Source: Cyanophyceae cyanobacterium (lineage in GTDB: Bacteria; Cyanobacteriota; Cyanobacteriia; Cyanobacteriales; Laspinemataceae). Taken from it: 64,000 bases of DNA. The DNA lies in NCBI GenBank assembly GCA_038321985.1, contig JBBQFN010000011.1:64001-128000 (forward strand), in the 5' to 3' direction. This document shows, piece after piece, positions 10,696 through 22,785 of this stretch; the first letter of the stretch is position 1, and each line of letters opens with the position of its first letter. The translations under genes were made by a program, and so were the position numbers. A model generated the notes under the pieces. The model saw only the letters and a list, made by a program, of their open reading frames with translations, had not been told where the DNA came from and did no database searches.

Positions 10696-11016
10696 TTATT
10701 TTTCTTCTCTATTCTCCCCTGATCCTCCCGGAGAGGCGTCATATAAAGCATCGAGGCGTTCGCGTGCATCATCCATTGTCATGGATTTCATCACCATTAA
10801 GGGTTCATTCACCACATTTCCTGACGCATCTAGCAATTCCGGGTGGGGAACCGGACGTTGATATCGCGCCGATAGGGAATTGGGAGAACCGCTGTTCCAG
10901 CGTCCTGGTGGATAGGTTCTCGATTCACTACTGAGCATGACCAAACTGCGGATCAAGTTCCCTACGGCCAGAAACGCCAAAACGGTAAAAGCAAAAATGT
11001 AAACTAAGTGCAGCAT
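10696..11016 (-). CDS. DUF2973 family membrane protein
   Basis: MLHLVYIFAFTVLAFLAVGNLIRS and PHPELLD motifs. Confidence 0.75.
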   Translation of the reverse strand: MLHLVYIFAFTVLAFLAVGNLIRSLVMLSSESRTYPPGRWNSGSPNSLSARYQRPVPHPELLDASGNVVNEPLMVMKSMTMDDARERLDALYDASPGGSGENREEK

Positions 11017-11172
11017 ATTGATATCCTCTAGCGCAGTCAGGTGATTAATCAGTAACTCAGGGGGCTACATCAAGAGCTTTTCTGTTCTAGTCAGTTTTTA
11101 TTCCTAAAGCCAGTCTAATGATGTAATTTAAGGGTGAAAGGGGAGCCGAGGGAACTTCAACCTAGGACGCAG

Positions 11173-11490
11173 CTAGACGGAATTTTCCATGCGAAACCGC
11201 ATCGACACTTGCCAGCATTCGGTCAGTAGTTTGTGCCACGGCATTAGCACTTCCATTTCAACGCCCACCTGACCGTCTGTGGCCCTTAGCAGCATTTGCG
11301 CCGTTGTGACCTCTTGCTGAGCGTATTGCACCCTAGCGAGTAACTCCGTTTGGCCCTCTTTCCCTAAAAAGGAGATTTCCTCATTTTCCAATAACTTGCG
11401 CGATCGGGCAAACCAATATTGAAAATCTTCTAATAACGGTTCTAGTAGGGTTTTGAGTAAGTTGGGTTCGGGAAGATTTGGATTGAGCAT
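11173..11490 (-). CDS. DUF2605 family protein
   Basis: LLEPLLEDFQYWFARS and PWHKLLTECW motifs. Confidence 0.75.
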   Translation of the reverse strand: MLNPNLPEPNLLKTLLEPLLEDFQYWFARSRKLLENEEISFLGKEGQTELLARVQYAQQEVTTAQMLLRATDGQVGVEMEVLMPWHKLLTECWQVSMRFRMENSV

Positions 11491-11784
11491 AATTTTAAGA
11501 TGATCGGGGTACTGAAGCTAATTTTAACTTATTTTACAAAACTTAACATTCTCGGGGGCAGTTGACAAGGGATTAGCGATCGCTTTTTAACAATTTGCGA
11601 TCGCCCTGGAATTCCCTCAACGGGCTTGACATTCGTCCTTTAATCTGCATACCTAAAAGGCAAAACTTGGGTCTATCTTAAATCCTTTTGTGGTAACAAC
11701 TTGACCCGAGCACTCCGATTGGGGAATCAACCCTTTAAAATAGAAAAGAAGGTCATACAAATCCGAGATTAAAATCCAACGCAA

Positions 11785-13611
11785 ATGGCTAACTCATCTC
11801 CGGCTGCCGAAGCACCAGCAGAAAAAATTTACTTACCCCGTACCAGCGAATCCCCGGAACTCCAAAAGATTCGTCACACTACCTCTCATGTGATGGCGAT
11901 GGCAGTCCAGAAGATTTTTCCCAAGGCCCAAGTCACGATCGGACCTTGGATCGATAATGGATTTTATTACGATTTTGACAATCCTGAGACCTTCACCGAA
12001 CAGGACCTCAAAGCCATCAAAAAAGAGATGGTCAAAATTATCAACCGGAAATTACCCGTCACTCGGGAAGAAGTCACCCGGGAAGAAGCCGAAAGACGCA
12101 TCAAAGAGATTAACGAACCGTATAAGTTAGAAATTCTCAGGGATATCAAAGAAGAACCGATTACCATCTATCACCTCGGGGAAGACTGGTGGGATTTGTG
12201 CGCTGGACCCCACGTTGAAAACACCAGCGAACTCCATCCCAAGGCGATCGAACTGGAAAGTTTAGCCGGTGCTTATTGGCGCGGAGATGCCAGCAAACAA
12301 CAGCTACAGCGCATCTATGGCACCGCCTGGGAAACCCCCGAACAACTCACCGAATACAAAAGACGCAAAGAAGAAGCCCTCAAACGAGATCACCGTAAAC
12401 TCGGTAAAGAACTGGGATTGTTTCTATTTTCCGATCCTGTAGGTCCCGGATTGCCCTTGTGGACACCTAAAGGTACTGTCTTGCGAAGCGTACTCGAAGA
12501 CTTCCTCAAACAGGAACAAGTCAAGCGCGGATATCTCGGGGTTGTAACTCCTCATATTGCCAGAATTGACCTATTTAAAACCTCGGGTCACTGGCAACAA
12601 TATAAAGAAGATATGTTCCCCATGATGGCAGAGGATGAAGAATCGGCGGCGCAAGAACGGGGTTTTGTTCTGAAACCGATGAACTGTCCTTTCCATATCC
12701 AAATTTATAAAAACGAGTTACGTTCTTATCGGGATTTACCGCTGCGTCTAGCGGAATTTGGCACCGTTTACCGCTATGAACAATCCGGGGAACTGGGGGG
12801 ACTAACCCGAGTGCGGGGCTTTACGGTGGATGATTCCCACCTGTTCGTTACTCCTGAACAACTAGATGATGAATTCCTAAGTGTGGTGGATTTAATCTTA
12901 TCGGTGTTTAATAGTCTGCACCTGAAAGATTTTAAAGCCCGATTGAGTTTCCGCGACCCAGAATCCGATAAATATATTGGGTCTGATGATGCCTGGAATA
13001 AGGCTGAAAATGCCATTCGCCGCGCTGTAGAAACCCTGGGAATGGATTCCTTTGAAGCCCCGGGAGAAGCGGCTTTTTATGGTCCAAAACTGGACTTTAT
13101 TTTCCGGGATGCCCTCGATCGCGAGTGGCAGTTAGGAACAGTTCAGGTGGATTATAACTTACCCGAACGCTTCCAATTAGAATATGTCGGGGAAGACGGT
13201 ACTCGCAAACGTCCGGTGATGATTCATCGTGCACCTTTTGGTTCCTTGGAACGGCTGATTGGGATTTTAATTGAAGAATATGCGGGGGATTTTCCGTTTT
13301 GGTTAGCGCCAATTCAAATGCGGTTATTACCTGTAAGTGATGAGTTTCTGCCCTTTGCGAAAGAGGTGGCAACTCAGATGCGAATCGAGGGAATTCGGGC
13401 CGAAGCTGATACCAGCGGAGAGCGTTTAGGTAAGCTAATTCGGAATGGAGAAAAGCAGAAAATTCCGGTGATGGCGGTTGTGGGAGCTAAAGAGGTGGAA
13501 TCGAACCAGTTAAGTATTCGCACTCGCGCGGGGGGTGAGTTAGGAACGATGGCGGTGGCAGAAGTGATTGAAAAGATGAAAGTTGCCAATCGCGATCGCA
13601 CCAATTTCTAG
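11785..13611 (+). CDS. thrS: Threonine--tRNA ligase
   Basis: RHTTSH, DLCAGPH, KPMNCP, FYGPKLD and HRAPFGSLER motifs. Confidence 0.98.
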   Translation: MANSSPAAEAPAEKIYLPRTSESPELQKIRHTTSHVMAMAVQKIFPKAQVTIGPWIDNGFYYDFDNPETFTEQDLKAIKKEMVKIINRKLPVTREEVTREEAERRIKEINEPYKLEILRDIKEEPITIYHLGEDWWDLCAGPHVENTSELHPKAIELESLAGAYWRGDASKQQLQRIYGTAWETPEQLTEYKRRKEEALKRDHRKLGKELGLFLFSDPVGPGLPLWTPKGTVLRSVLEDFLKQEQVKRGYLGVVTPHIARIDLFKTSGHWQQYKEDMFPMMAEDEESAAQERGFVLKPMNCPFHIQIYKNELRSYRDLPLRLAEFGTVYRYEQSGELGGLTRVRGFTVDDSHLFVTPEQLDDEFLSVVDLILSVFNSLHLKDFKARLSFRDPESDKYIGSDDAWNKAENAIRRAVETLGMDSFEAPGEAAFYGPKLDFIFRDALDREWQLGTVQVDYNLPERFQLEYVGEDGTRKRPVMIHRAPFGSLERLIGILIEEYAGDFPFWLAPIQMRLLPVSDEFLPFAKEVATQMRIEGIRAEADTSGERLGKLIRNGEKQKIPVMAVVGAKEVESNQLSIRTRAGGELGTMAVAEVIEKMKVANRDRTNF

Positions 13612-13673
13612 TTCTCCCACTCTAGCGATCGTTTCAATCATTCTGACCATTGAACCATCGGGTTGATAAGTCT

Positions 13674-13701
13674 CGCTCCCTGATTTTTAAATTAGGGAGC
13701 G
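13674..13701 (+). terminator. Stem-loop downstream of thrS
   Basis: CGCTCCCTGATTTTTAAATTAGGGAGCG. Confidence 0.55.
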
Positions 13702-13833
13702 TCTCTCTCCCACTCCGGTTAAGAAGGGTTTATCAAATTGGCGGTAGGGATTCAATTTAAACAATCATTAAAGGTGTAAATTAGGATTAATTAAATTAAA
13801 CCCTAAAATTTTAGTTAAATAGGGAGTAAAATC

Positions 13834-14622
13834 ATGCCTTCACCATTTCCTGGAATGGACCCGTATTTAGAAGGTCCGAATTTTTGGCCCGAGGTTCATC
13901 ACTTGTTGATGAGCCTAATTCTGGAATCATTAGTGCCCCAGTTGCGGCCTAAATATCGAGTCGCGCTCGAAAAACGGGTGTATGAAAGCAGCGGAAATGA
14001 GAGCTTATTGGTAGGAATTCCCGATGTTATCGTACAGCGTCGCCAACCGACATCGCACGGAGATTCTAATGTAGCAGTGGCAGCACCTCCGACTCAAAAA
14101 CCCCTTCCGGTGCAAGTGCCGATGATGATGGAATTTCGGGAGGCATATTTAGAAGTCCGGGAGATGGCAACGGGGGAAGTAGTGACGGCAATTGAAGTCC
14201 TTTCTCCCGCGAATAAGGGCAAGGGAAAAGGAAGGGAAATCTATGAAGAAAAGCGCAGCCGCATTTTTGGTAGTCGCACTCATTTGGTGGAAATTGACCT
14301 GTTGCGGGGCGGGGAACCGATGCCGGTTTTAGAAAACGATGTGGAGGCGCACTATCGGATTTTGGTGAGTCGAGGCGATCGCCGTCCTTATGCAGATTTA
14401 TATCTATTTAATTTACCCGATGCCATTCCGACATTTCCTCTGCCGTTACGTTCCGGGGATACAGAACCCATTGTAGATTTAAACCTATTATTAAATCATC
14501 TTTATGACCGGGCTGGCTATGATTTTGTAATTGATTATGGGAGTGAACCAGTCCCGGCTTTAGCCGAATCGGATGCAGCTTGGGCGGATGCATTGTTTAA
14601 AGAACAAGGAATTCAGGAATAA
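13834..14622 (+). CDS. DUF4058 family protein
   Basis: MPSPFPGMDPYLE, IEVLSPANK and HLVEIDLLRGG motifs. Confidence 0.88.
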   Translation: MPSPFPGMDPYLEGPNFWPEVHHLLMSLILESLVPQLRPKYRVALEKRVYESSGNESLLVGIPDVIVQRRQPTSHGDSNVAVAAPPTQKPLPVQVPMMMEFREAYLEVREMATGEVVTAIEVLSPANKGKGKGREIYEEKRSRIFGSRTHLVEIDLLRGGEPMPVLENDVEAHYRILVSRGDRRPYADLYLFNLPDAIPTFPLPLRSGDTEPIVDLNLLLNHLYDRAGYDFVIDYGSEPVPALAESDAAWADALFKEQGIQE

Positions 14623-14882
14623 CCTACCTGTTTCACTCGGCGATCGCCGGACTCCTTAAGCTGAATTTAGGGTCGATAATCTCCATTTTTTTATTGACAA
14701 ATAAAAATATTTATGATAGTGACTACAAAATAAACCAACCTAACCGCTAAAATGAAGTGCGTTTGCCGGAGTTAAACTGAAAAAATTCTCTACTTTACAG
14801 TTCCTAAACTGGGCGATCGCCAGAATAAATGCGATAAAATCCTCTAGCAATGAAAAACTCATAACTACCTGGGATCTACCCA

Positions 14883-15677
14883 ATGGGGATGCAACGCTCG
14901 CTCTTTCTTCTTGGACTCTCCCTTGTCGTGACTTTGGGGGCCGTGTGGGGTTGGGTGGTAGTCGGACTCGACTCCGTAACCTGGAAATTAGCGTTATCGA
15001 TACCTACCGGACTGGTCCTATGTTGGCCGATCGCCCAACATATTGCCAACAGTTCCTTAATGTCCCTGGGGACTAGACGGGAATGCGTCATCGAATTTAC
15101 CCTGAAGTTCCTGGCTAAAATTATCATGGGGGTGAGCGCGGTAACTGGCGTGGTAGCATTGGTACTCGCCGGGATTTGGGCCATCGCTGGGCGTGGGGCT
15201 ACTGCCAAAGTAACCGCCCTGTTTGGGGTTCAATCCTTAGGGATTACCCTGATTGCTGTCTTGGTGGCGATCGCTTCTCATTATATATTCCGCTTCCTCC
15301 TCAAAAAGTTAGGTGCCGTACAAATTGATATTCTCTACTTAGCCTGGGCAGGGGGTGCGGTTTTAGCCGTGGGTGGAATCATGGCATCTCAAACCTGGAT
15401 TGGAGTCTTGGAGGATTTCCAAGTCTCCCAGAGAGTCTCCACTTCCGCCTGGATTGCTGTCTTGGGAGTGGCGTATGCGTGGCTGCAAATTCTAGCTGCC
15501 ACCCCCAACGAGAAAAAAGTAGTCGTTCCAGATGCGTTTATAACGGGTTTGGTCGTGATCGGCGGGGCTGTTTTATTTTGGGCAATGGGGAAAGCCTCCT
15601 TCCCCTTGGCGATCGGACTACTAGCTTTGGTGGGAGCTTTAATATTGGATAAAGAACATAAAACTCGGAAATTTTAG
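14883..15677 (+). CDS. Hypothetical polytopic membrane protein
   Basis: 264 aa with about 8 hydrophobic segments. No family recognised. Confidence 0.65.
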   Translation: MGMQRSLFLLGLSLVVTLGAVWGWVVVGLDSVTWKLALSIPTGLVLCWPIAQHIANSSLMSLGTRRECVIEFTLKFLAKIIMGVSAVTGVVALVLAGIWAIAGRGATAKVTALFGVQSLGITLIAVLVAIASHYIFRFLLKKLGAVQIDILYLAWAGGAVLAVGGIMASQTWIGVLEDFQVSQRVSTSAWIAVLGVAYAWLQILAATPNEKKVVVPDAFITGLVVIGGAVLFWAMGKASFPLAIGLLALVGALILDKEHKTRKF

Positions 15678-15820
15678 ATGAGTCTTTTAACAGCTTCCCT
15701 CACCGTTCGGGATGGGGCTACAACAACAAAGCCCACATCACCACGGCTAATTTAAACCCGGTGTTTAAAAAACGGATTTAGACTTTTTCTTAACTGACGA
15801 AACGTACTCCCTTAAAACCT

Positions 15821-16825
15821 TTGATGTCTTCTACCCACTCGACTGTTACCGTTACTGTTCCGGCCACCACTGCTAACCTAGGGCCTGGTTTTGACTGTTT
15901 TGGGGCAGCATTGACCCTATACAACCACTTTAGGTTTTCTGTAGTCGCCCCGGATCCAGCCTTCCCTGATCAAAAAACGCTTCGCATTGTTGTCAAGGGG
16001 TTAGAAGCCAATCGCGTGATGGCAGATGAAAGCAATCTCGTTTATAAAGCATTTGCTAAATTCTACGCCCATCTGGGCCAATCCCCACCGCCTGTACAAA
16101 TCGAAATTGAACTGGGAGTTCCCTTGGCGCGAGGACTCGGAAGTTCAGCAACCGCGATCGCCGGTGGATTGATGGGGGCCAATCATCTCGCCGGAAAACC
16201 CCTGAGTCAACTCCAACTGGTGTATCTGGCTATTGAAATGGAAAAGCACCCAGATAACGTCGTCCCTGCATTATTAGGAGGATGCCGTCTAACCGCCTCA
16301 ATCCCGGAAGAGGTGGCAACGGAGGAACAAGGGTGGGAAATCTGCGATGTTCCCTGGCATTCCGAAATTGTGCCCGTTGTGGCGATTCCGGAGTTTGAAT
16401 TGGCAACAGCAACAGCGCGACAGGTATTGCCCACGCACTACACCCGGGCAGATGCGATATACAATACGGCACATTTGGGCTTACTTCTGCGCGGATTAGC
16501 CGCCAATAACGGCCCATGGTTGCGAGTCGCTATGAGCGATCGCCTGCATCAACCGTATCGAAAGATTTTAATTCCCGGGTATGATGCGGTCTATGCAGCG
16601 GCTGTAAATGCTGGGGCCTATGGTTTGGCAATTAGTGGGGCGGGGCCAACCCTATTGGCGTTATCCTCACCGGGGCGATCGGCAGATGTGGCGATCGCAA
16701 TGGTCGAAGCATGGCACAAAGCCGGAATTAATTCCCATGCGCAATCCTTGCAAATTGATATCCGAGGCTCCGTTAGCGTCGAAGGGAGACCTGCAGCACC
16801 GGCGGGGGTTCAAACTCCCGCCTAA
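15821..16825 (+). CDS. thrB: Homoserine kinase
   Basis: [26 protein letters not shown] and SGAGPT motifs. Confidence 0.96.
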   Translation: MMSSTHSTVTVTVPATTANLGPGFDCFGAALTLYNHFRFSVVAPDPAFPDQKTLRIVVKGLEANRVMADESNLVYKAFAKFYAHLGQSPPPVQIEIELGVPLARGLGSSATAIAGGLMGANHLAGKPLSQLQLVYLAIEMEKHPDNVVPALLGGCRLTASIPEEVATEEQGWEICDVPWHSEIVPVVAIPEFELATATARQVLPTHYTRADAIYNTAHLGLLLRGLAANNGPWLRVAMSDRLHQPYRKILIPGYDAVYAAAVNAGAYGLAISGAGPTLLALSSPGRSADVAIAMVEAWHKAGINSHAQSLQIDIRGSVSVEGRPAAPAGVQTPA

Positions 16826-16880
16826 TCCTTCAAGGCACCGGCGAGGGTGACAACCCCTGTTGGTTCTCGCTCATTATCCC

Positions 16881-17993
16881 CTAATTATCCACGCGCCAAA
16901 TCCGCGAAAGATGGTTACGGGCGCGACTGGCGTCTTTCCATTCCACTAGAGACTTGCGAAAATTAACGGCCATTGCATTTAAGTCTTCCATATCAATTAA
17001 AAACGCATCGTGACCGTGAGGGGAATTCAACCACCCCAGTTCTGCATTCGGAATCAACTGGGCTAACTTTTCTTGTTCAACCGGGGGATAAAGTACATCC
17101 GAGTCGATCGCCACAACCAGAGTCGGTTGTTGGATGCTAGCCAGCACCGCGTTATAATCCCCCAGTCCGCGAGAAACATCGTGACTGTCCATCGCATAAG
17201 TTAGGGTGATGTAGCTATTGGCATCAAAGCGGTTAACCAGTTTTTGCCCTTGATGCTGTAGGTAATTGACGATTTCCCAATTGCCATCGGGACTTTTATT
17301 GCGTCCGAATTTTTGCTCTAAACTCGCCCAACTGCGATAAGAACACATCGCCATCATGCGTGCCGCGGATAATCCGGCTGCTGGGGGTTGTTCAATGGTG
17401 TAATAGCCCCCGCGCCAATAGGGGTCGGCATAAATGGCTTGTCGCTGGGCTTCACTGAGTCCGATACACCAGGGTGAGTGCCTTCCAGAGGCAGCAAAGG
17501 TGGCGATCGCCTCGACTTTTTCCGGATACATCACCCCCCATTCGAGGACCTGCATCCCTCCCAAAGACCCCCCGATCACCAGTTTCACCTTTTCTACCCC
17601 CAGTACGTCCAGCAATGCGGCTTGGACTCGCACCATATCCCGAATCGTAATCCGAGGGAAATCAGGACCGTAGGGACATCCCGTTTCTGGATTGACAGAA
17701 GTGGGTCCAGTGGTGCCGTAACAACTGCCGAGCACGTTGCTGCAAATAATAAAATCTTGCTCAGTATCAAGGGCTTTACCCTCGCCAAATAAAGGATCCC
17801 ACCACTGATCCGCATCCGCCCATCCGGTTAAAGCATGGCAGATCACGACTGCATTATCTCGTTCCGGGTTGAGCTTTCCCCAGGTTCGATAAGCGACTTG
17901 AACTCCTATCAAAACCTGTCCGGATTCGAGGATAACGGGTTGGGGAAGCTCACAAAATTGGGTTTCCGGGGAAATAAAACGGGTGTCATTCAT
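16881..17993 (-). CDS. metX: Homoserine O-acetyltransferase
   Basis: CHALTG, GGSLGGMQ and HGHDAFL motifs. Confidence 0.94.
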   Translation of the reverse strand: MNDTRFISPETQFCELPQPVILESGQVLIGVQVAYRTWGKLNPERDNAVVICHALTGWADADQWWDPLFGEGKALDTEQDFIICSNVLGSCYGTTGPTSVNPETGCPYGPDFPRITIRDMVRVQAALLDVLGVEKVKLVIGGSLGGMQVLEWGVMYPEKVEAIATFAASGRHSPWCIGLSEAQRQAIYADPYWRGGYYTIEQPPAAGLSAARMMAMCSYRSWASLEQKFGRNKSPDGNWEIVNYLQHQGQKLVNRFDANSYITLTYAMDSHDVSRGLGDYNAVLASIQQPTLVVAIDSDVLYPPVEQEKLAQLIPNAELGWLNSPHGHDAFLIDMEDLNAMAVNFRKSLVEWKDASRARNHLSRIWRVDN

Positions 17994-18358
17994 AATTTTT
18001 CATCTCTGGCGATCGCGTAGTGGGTCCTTAACACTCGGCTCAGAAGCGCTCGTAGCCTCTTATAACCGTTAGCGTCGGGTAGTCGCTGAGGGCTTGTTGC
18101 TACATTGTACCCCTCGCCGGTCACCGAGTACCCTCAATTTTTATTCTTTCTATTCTAATTCAAACTTGTTATTAGTTCTATTTTGCAATCTCAAATCCTT
18201 CATCCCCTGCGAATTGTGAGGAGAAAGCCCGACTAAAAATGCCCGCCTCGGTGCATGAAGTTTCCAAACTTAGACGTGCTGACACAGAAGCATCGGCCTC
18301 TGTGTCGCATCATCCGGGCTGAACCCTCTGGCCCTTTTTCAGGCGACTCGGTTAATCC

Positions 18359-19714
<1,356 letters not shown>

Positions 19715-20229
19715 TCATCTAGCGCTAGAGAGTCATACTTGACCAGGATTTTACCCTTCCCAAACCAGCTCCAAACAATTTTACGCAATTATAGGACTAT
19801 TTTTTACACCGGGGCGATAATTTTAAAAAACTTAATAAAATCTCAAGGCCCGAGACTCAATCAAAACCCAGGTCTGACCTTTTAAGGAGGGAGACAATTG
19901 ATAAAAGAAAGTTAATAGACTTGGGGCAAACATCTAAAAAGCCAACTGGCTTTTTTAAGAGGGGTTGGAGGGATCTCTTCTGAACCGATGCAATCCGGTC
20001 TAATATCATCTGCCTGCAAAGAATGTAGGGAAATCAGCAGGCGATCGCCCTTGGGGAATCGCCCAAACGCCGATCAGTCCAAATTATTGCGGGACCCAGG
20101 ATAACCAGCGATCGCCCTGGGTGACTTTGAGGGACTTAAGTCTAGGAAGCAACAGCGGCGAGTGTCGAGTTCTCTACCGTTGTCCTAGACCCTAATCTAT
20201 TGGAAGCTCATGATAGGGACCAGGGGACC

Positions 20230-20445
20230 TTAGAGGATGATTGAGAGCTCATCCACCACTTGCACCCGTCCCCGGCACAGAGAACGCAGCAGGCGATCGA
20301 GACTAAAGCGGTCCTCTTCACTGAGGGATTCATCTAAAATGGCTGCCATCAGTCCATAGCGGTCAGCTTTCGTGATGTAGTGGGTATCTTTGACCGTTGC
20401 AAGTAATTCAGGGATGGCACCAGGGAGCAAGTTGAGGGAATACAT
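20230..20445 (-). CDS. Small conserved cyanobacterial hypothetical protein
   Basis: LLPGAIPEL...ITKADRYGLMAAILDESLSEE...DRLLRSL pattern. Confidence 0.65.
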   Translation of the reverse strand: MYSLNLLPGAIPELLATVKDTHYITKADRYGLMAAILDESLSEEDRFSLDRLLRSLCRGRVQVVDELSIIL

Positions 20446-21285
20446 AAGCGTGGTTTTGAACTCGACATCTTTATCATCCCGTATTTTCGCGTAATTGCCC
20501 GTGATGGTACCGAAGCTATCTCAGTGATTCTAAGGAGACTTTGGAGTGATCTAACCGGCGTAAAAGCTGTGACGGCGATCGCCTCCACGGGATTCACCGA
20601 ATTAAGGGGCCTAAATTTTCCACCCACAGGTTAAAAACCCGGTTATAAAATCATCGCGTTTTTAACCTGAAAGCCTTTTTTGAAACTCACTCCGAAGGGC
20701 TAATTTTAGGTAACCCGACCCTGAATAAGGGTGAAATTTCCGAGTAGTCACGTTACCTTTGGAAACCTGTAAACTAAATGTGGCAACCGTTCCCCGCCTT
20801 AAGCCCCTAAGTTTTTCTGCTTTTCCCCCTAGAGCACAGATGACAGGGACAAATTTTTATGCTATCTGCTGCTTAATTGTCAGTAAAACATCATTTTAAT
20901 CGTGATAATTGGCTCTCCCCTGTTCTTTTCAGAAAGAATCAAAGCGAAACTTCAGCCCAATGACAGATGAGAGCGTTGTAAGTGATCGATGAGAATTAGA
21001 TTTAAGCGGTAGAGAACTGCCCGAGTCAAAATGCAGACCTGAAATGGAATTCTCAGTGCGAGGGCCAATCCTACTCAGAAAGCGCTCAGACTCGGATGCT
21101 TACTACCGAGTTTACTTCTATAAGGGCTGGACTTTCAAAGGCTGTGGAATGGCCTACCCCACTAACCTTTAACCGGAAGCCCTGATGCACTTGCTATTAA
21201 CGAGGGTGCGATCGCACTCATTTTTTTGCTCTGAGTTTAGATCAGACCCCTTGAGTATCGCTACTGACAGGAAGAGGATAAATTT

Positions 21286-22785
21286 ATGAATGATGCTGTA
21301 AAAATATTTTCTCATTATAATCGGAAATCCGGCTCTGTGTCGAAGTTGAAAAACAGCCGTTGGCCTACTTATTTGTTTCTAGGCATCACGACTAATCTTC
21401 TACTTTGGGGGGTGGCGATCGCTTACATCACCCTCAAAGCCCCCAGCTATACCACCAAGTGGTCCATCACCCTACCCAGTACAGGTTCCACAAGCCGCGT
21501 AGATTTACCGGGCATTGGGGGAGCTTCTTCTCAAACCGACTCTCCCTACAGATTTGATTCCCATCACGACCCTCGGGAAAATTACAAATACATTGCCGGT
21601 AGCGATGATGTGAGAGAACGCGCCGCCCAAAAGCTGAACCTTAAGCCTTCAGAATTCAATGAACCCAAGATCGAGATTATTGGAAACTCTACCTTGATGG
21701 AGTTTCAAATGGTGGGCGATACCCCCGAACAAACTCAACAAAAGGCACTGGCTCTCCACCAAGCCTTTGAACTTCAATTAGAAAAACTTAGACAAGAAGA
21801 AATCTCGGATCAAGACCGCAACTTGCAACTATTGCTCAGTCAGTCTCAGCAAAACTTAGAAAAGGCCCAGGCTCGATTATCCGAGTATCAAGCCAGCTCC
21901 AGTATCATGTCTTCCGAGCAATTGGTAGACCTCTCTAAAAATATTGAAGATTTACGCAGGCAAAAAGCCGAAATCGACGCCCTCAATCAGCAAAGTAACG
22001 CGCGGATGGTGCAAACTTCCCGAAACTTAGACATCTCCCCTCAACAAGCCAACGATGCCTTTGCATTACAGTCTGATTCCCAGTTTCACGACTATCTGTT
22101 GAAATACCAGACAGCCCGTAGCGAGTTCGTAACCTTAAACTCGATTTATACGGATCGCCATCCAGTCGTCATTGCCAAACAAAAAGAAATTGATGATGCC
22201 CGAGTAGCATTAATGGAACGGAGCCAGCAGATTCTCGGACGGCCCACCGACCCCGAAATCTGGGAGCAAACCAACTTAGGAAATGGAGAAACCGGAGCAA
22301 AGCGGGAACTGTTCTTTCAAGAGTTGCTCACTTTTCAATCAGAAAACGTCGGCCTAGAAGCGCAAGCCCAAGAATTAGGACGCCAGATTAATAGCTTAGA
22401 AAACCGCTTTAAAGCCTTATCCGTGCAGGGTTCCCAACTGGAAAATTTACGGCGGGACGTTCAGATAGCAGAAGCGGTGTTTTCCTCCACCTTAACTCAG
22501 CTGGATATGAGTAAGTCTAACATTTTCGCCAGCTATCCGCGAATTCAATTGTTGAGTCCACCCGCCTTGCCTGAAGAACCCAGTTCTCCGAAAACAGTAT
22601 TAGCCATACTCGGTGCGGGAATGAGTTCAGTCTTCTTTACCGCCGGATTTCTCCTCCTGTGGATGCGGGATGTCAAAAATCAACGGCGGAAACAGAGTTC
22701 CCTGTTAGACCCTAATCCCCAACCCATTCCCGTTAACTCGGCTTTCCCTCCGCAAAATTCCTCAACCGCAGTGTCTAAGCGATGA
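21286..22785 (+). CDS. Polysaccharide co-polymerase (GumC/Wzc-N family), no kinase domain
   Basis: N-terminal TM, long coiled coil, YTDRHPVV, P-rich PALPEEPSSPK, then a C-terminal TM. Confidence 0.85.
   Translation: MNDAVKIFSHYNRKSGSVSKLKNSRWPTYLFLGITTNLLLWGVAIAYITLKAPSYTTKWSITLPSTGSTSRVDLPGIGGASSQTDSPYRFDSHHDPRENYKYIAGSDDVRERAAQKLNLKPSEFNEPKIEIIGNSTLMEFQMVGDTPEQTQQKALALHQAFELQLEKLRQEEISDQDRNLQLLLSQSQQNLEKAQARLSEYQASSSIMSSEQLVDLSKNIEDLRRQKAEIDALNQQSNARMVQTSRNLDISPQQANDAFALQSDSQFHDYLLKYQTARSEFVTLNSIYTDRHPVVIAKQKEIDDARVALMERSQQILGRPTDPEIWEQTNLGNGETGAKRELFFQELLTFQSENVGLEAQAQELGRQINSLENRFKALSVQGSQLENLRRDVQIAEAVFSSTLTQLDMSKSNIFASYPRIQLLSPPALPEEPSSPKTVLAILGAGMSSVFFTAGFLLLWMRDVKNQRRKQSSLLDPNPQPIPVNSAFPPQNSSTAVSKR

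Noticed and set aside
18290..18345. SAM-I riboswitch upstream of metX (GAGGG-loop-CCC-GATGA resembles P2)
   Set aside because: No AUC in P1, no GCAAC, no GGUGC, and P2a does not pair properly.
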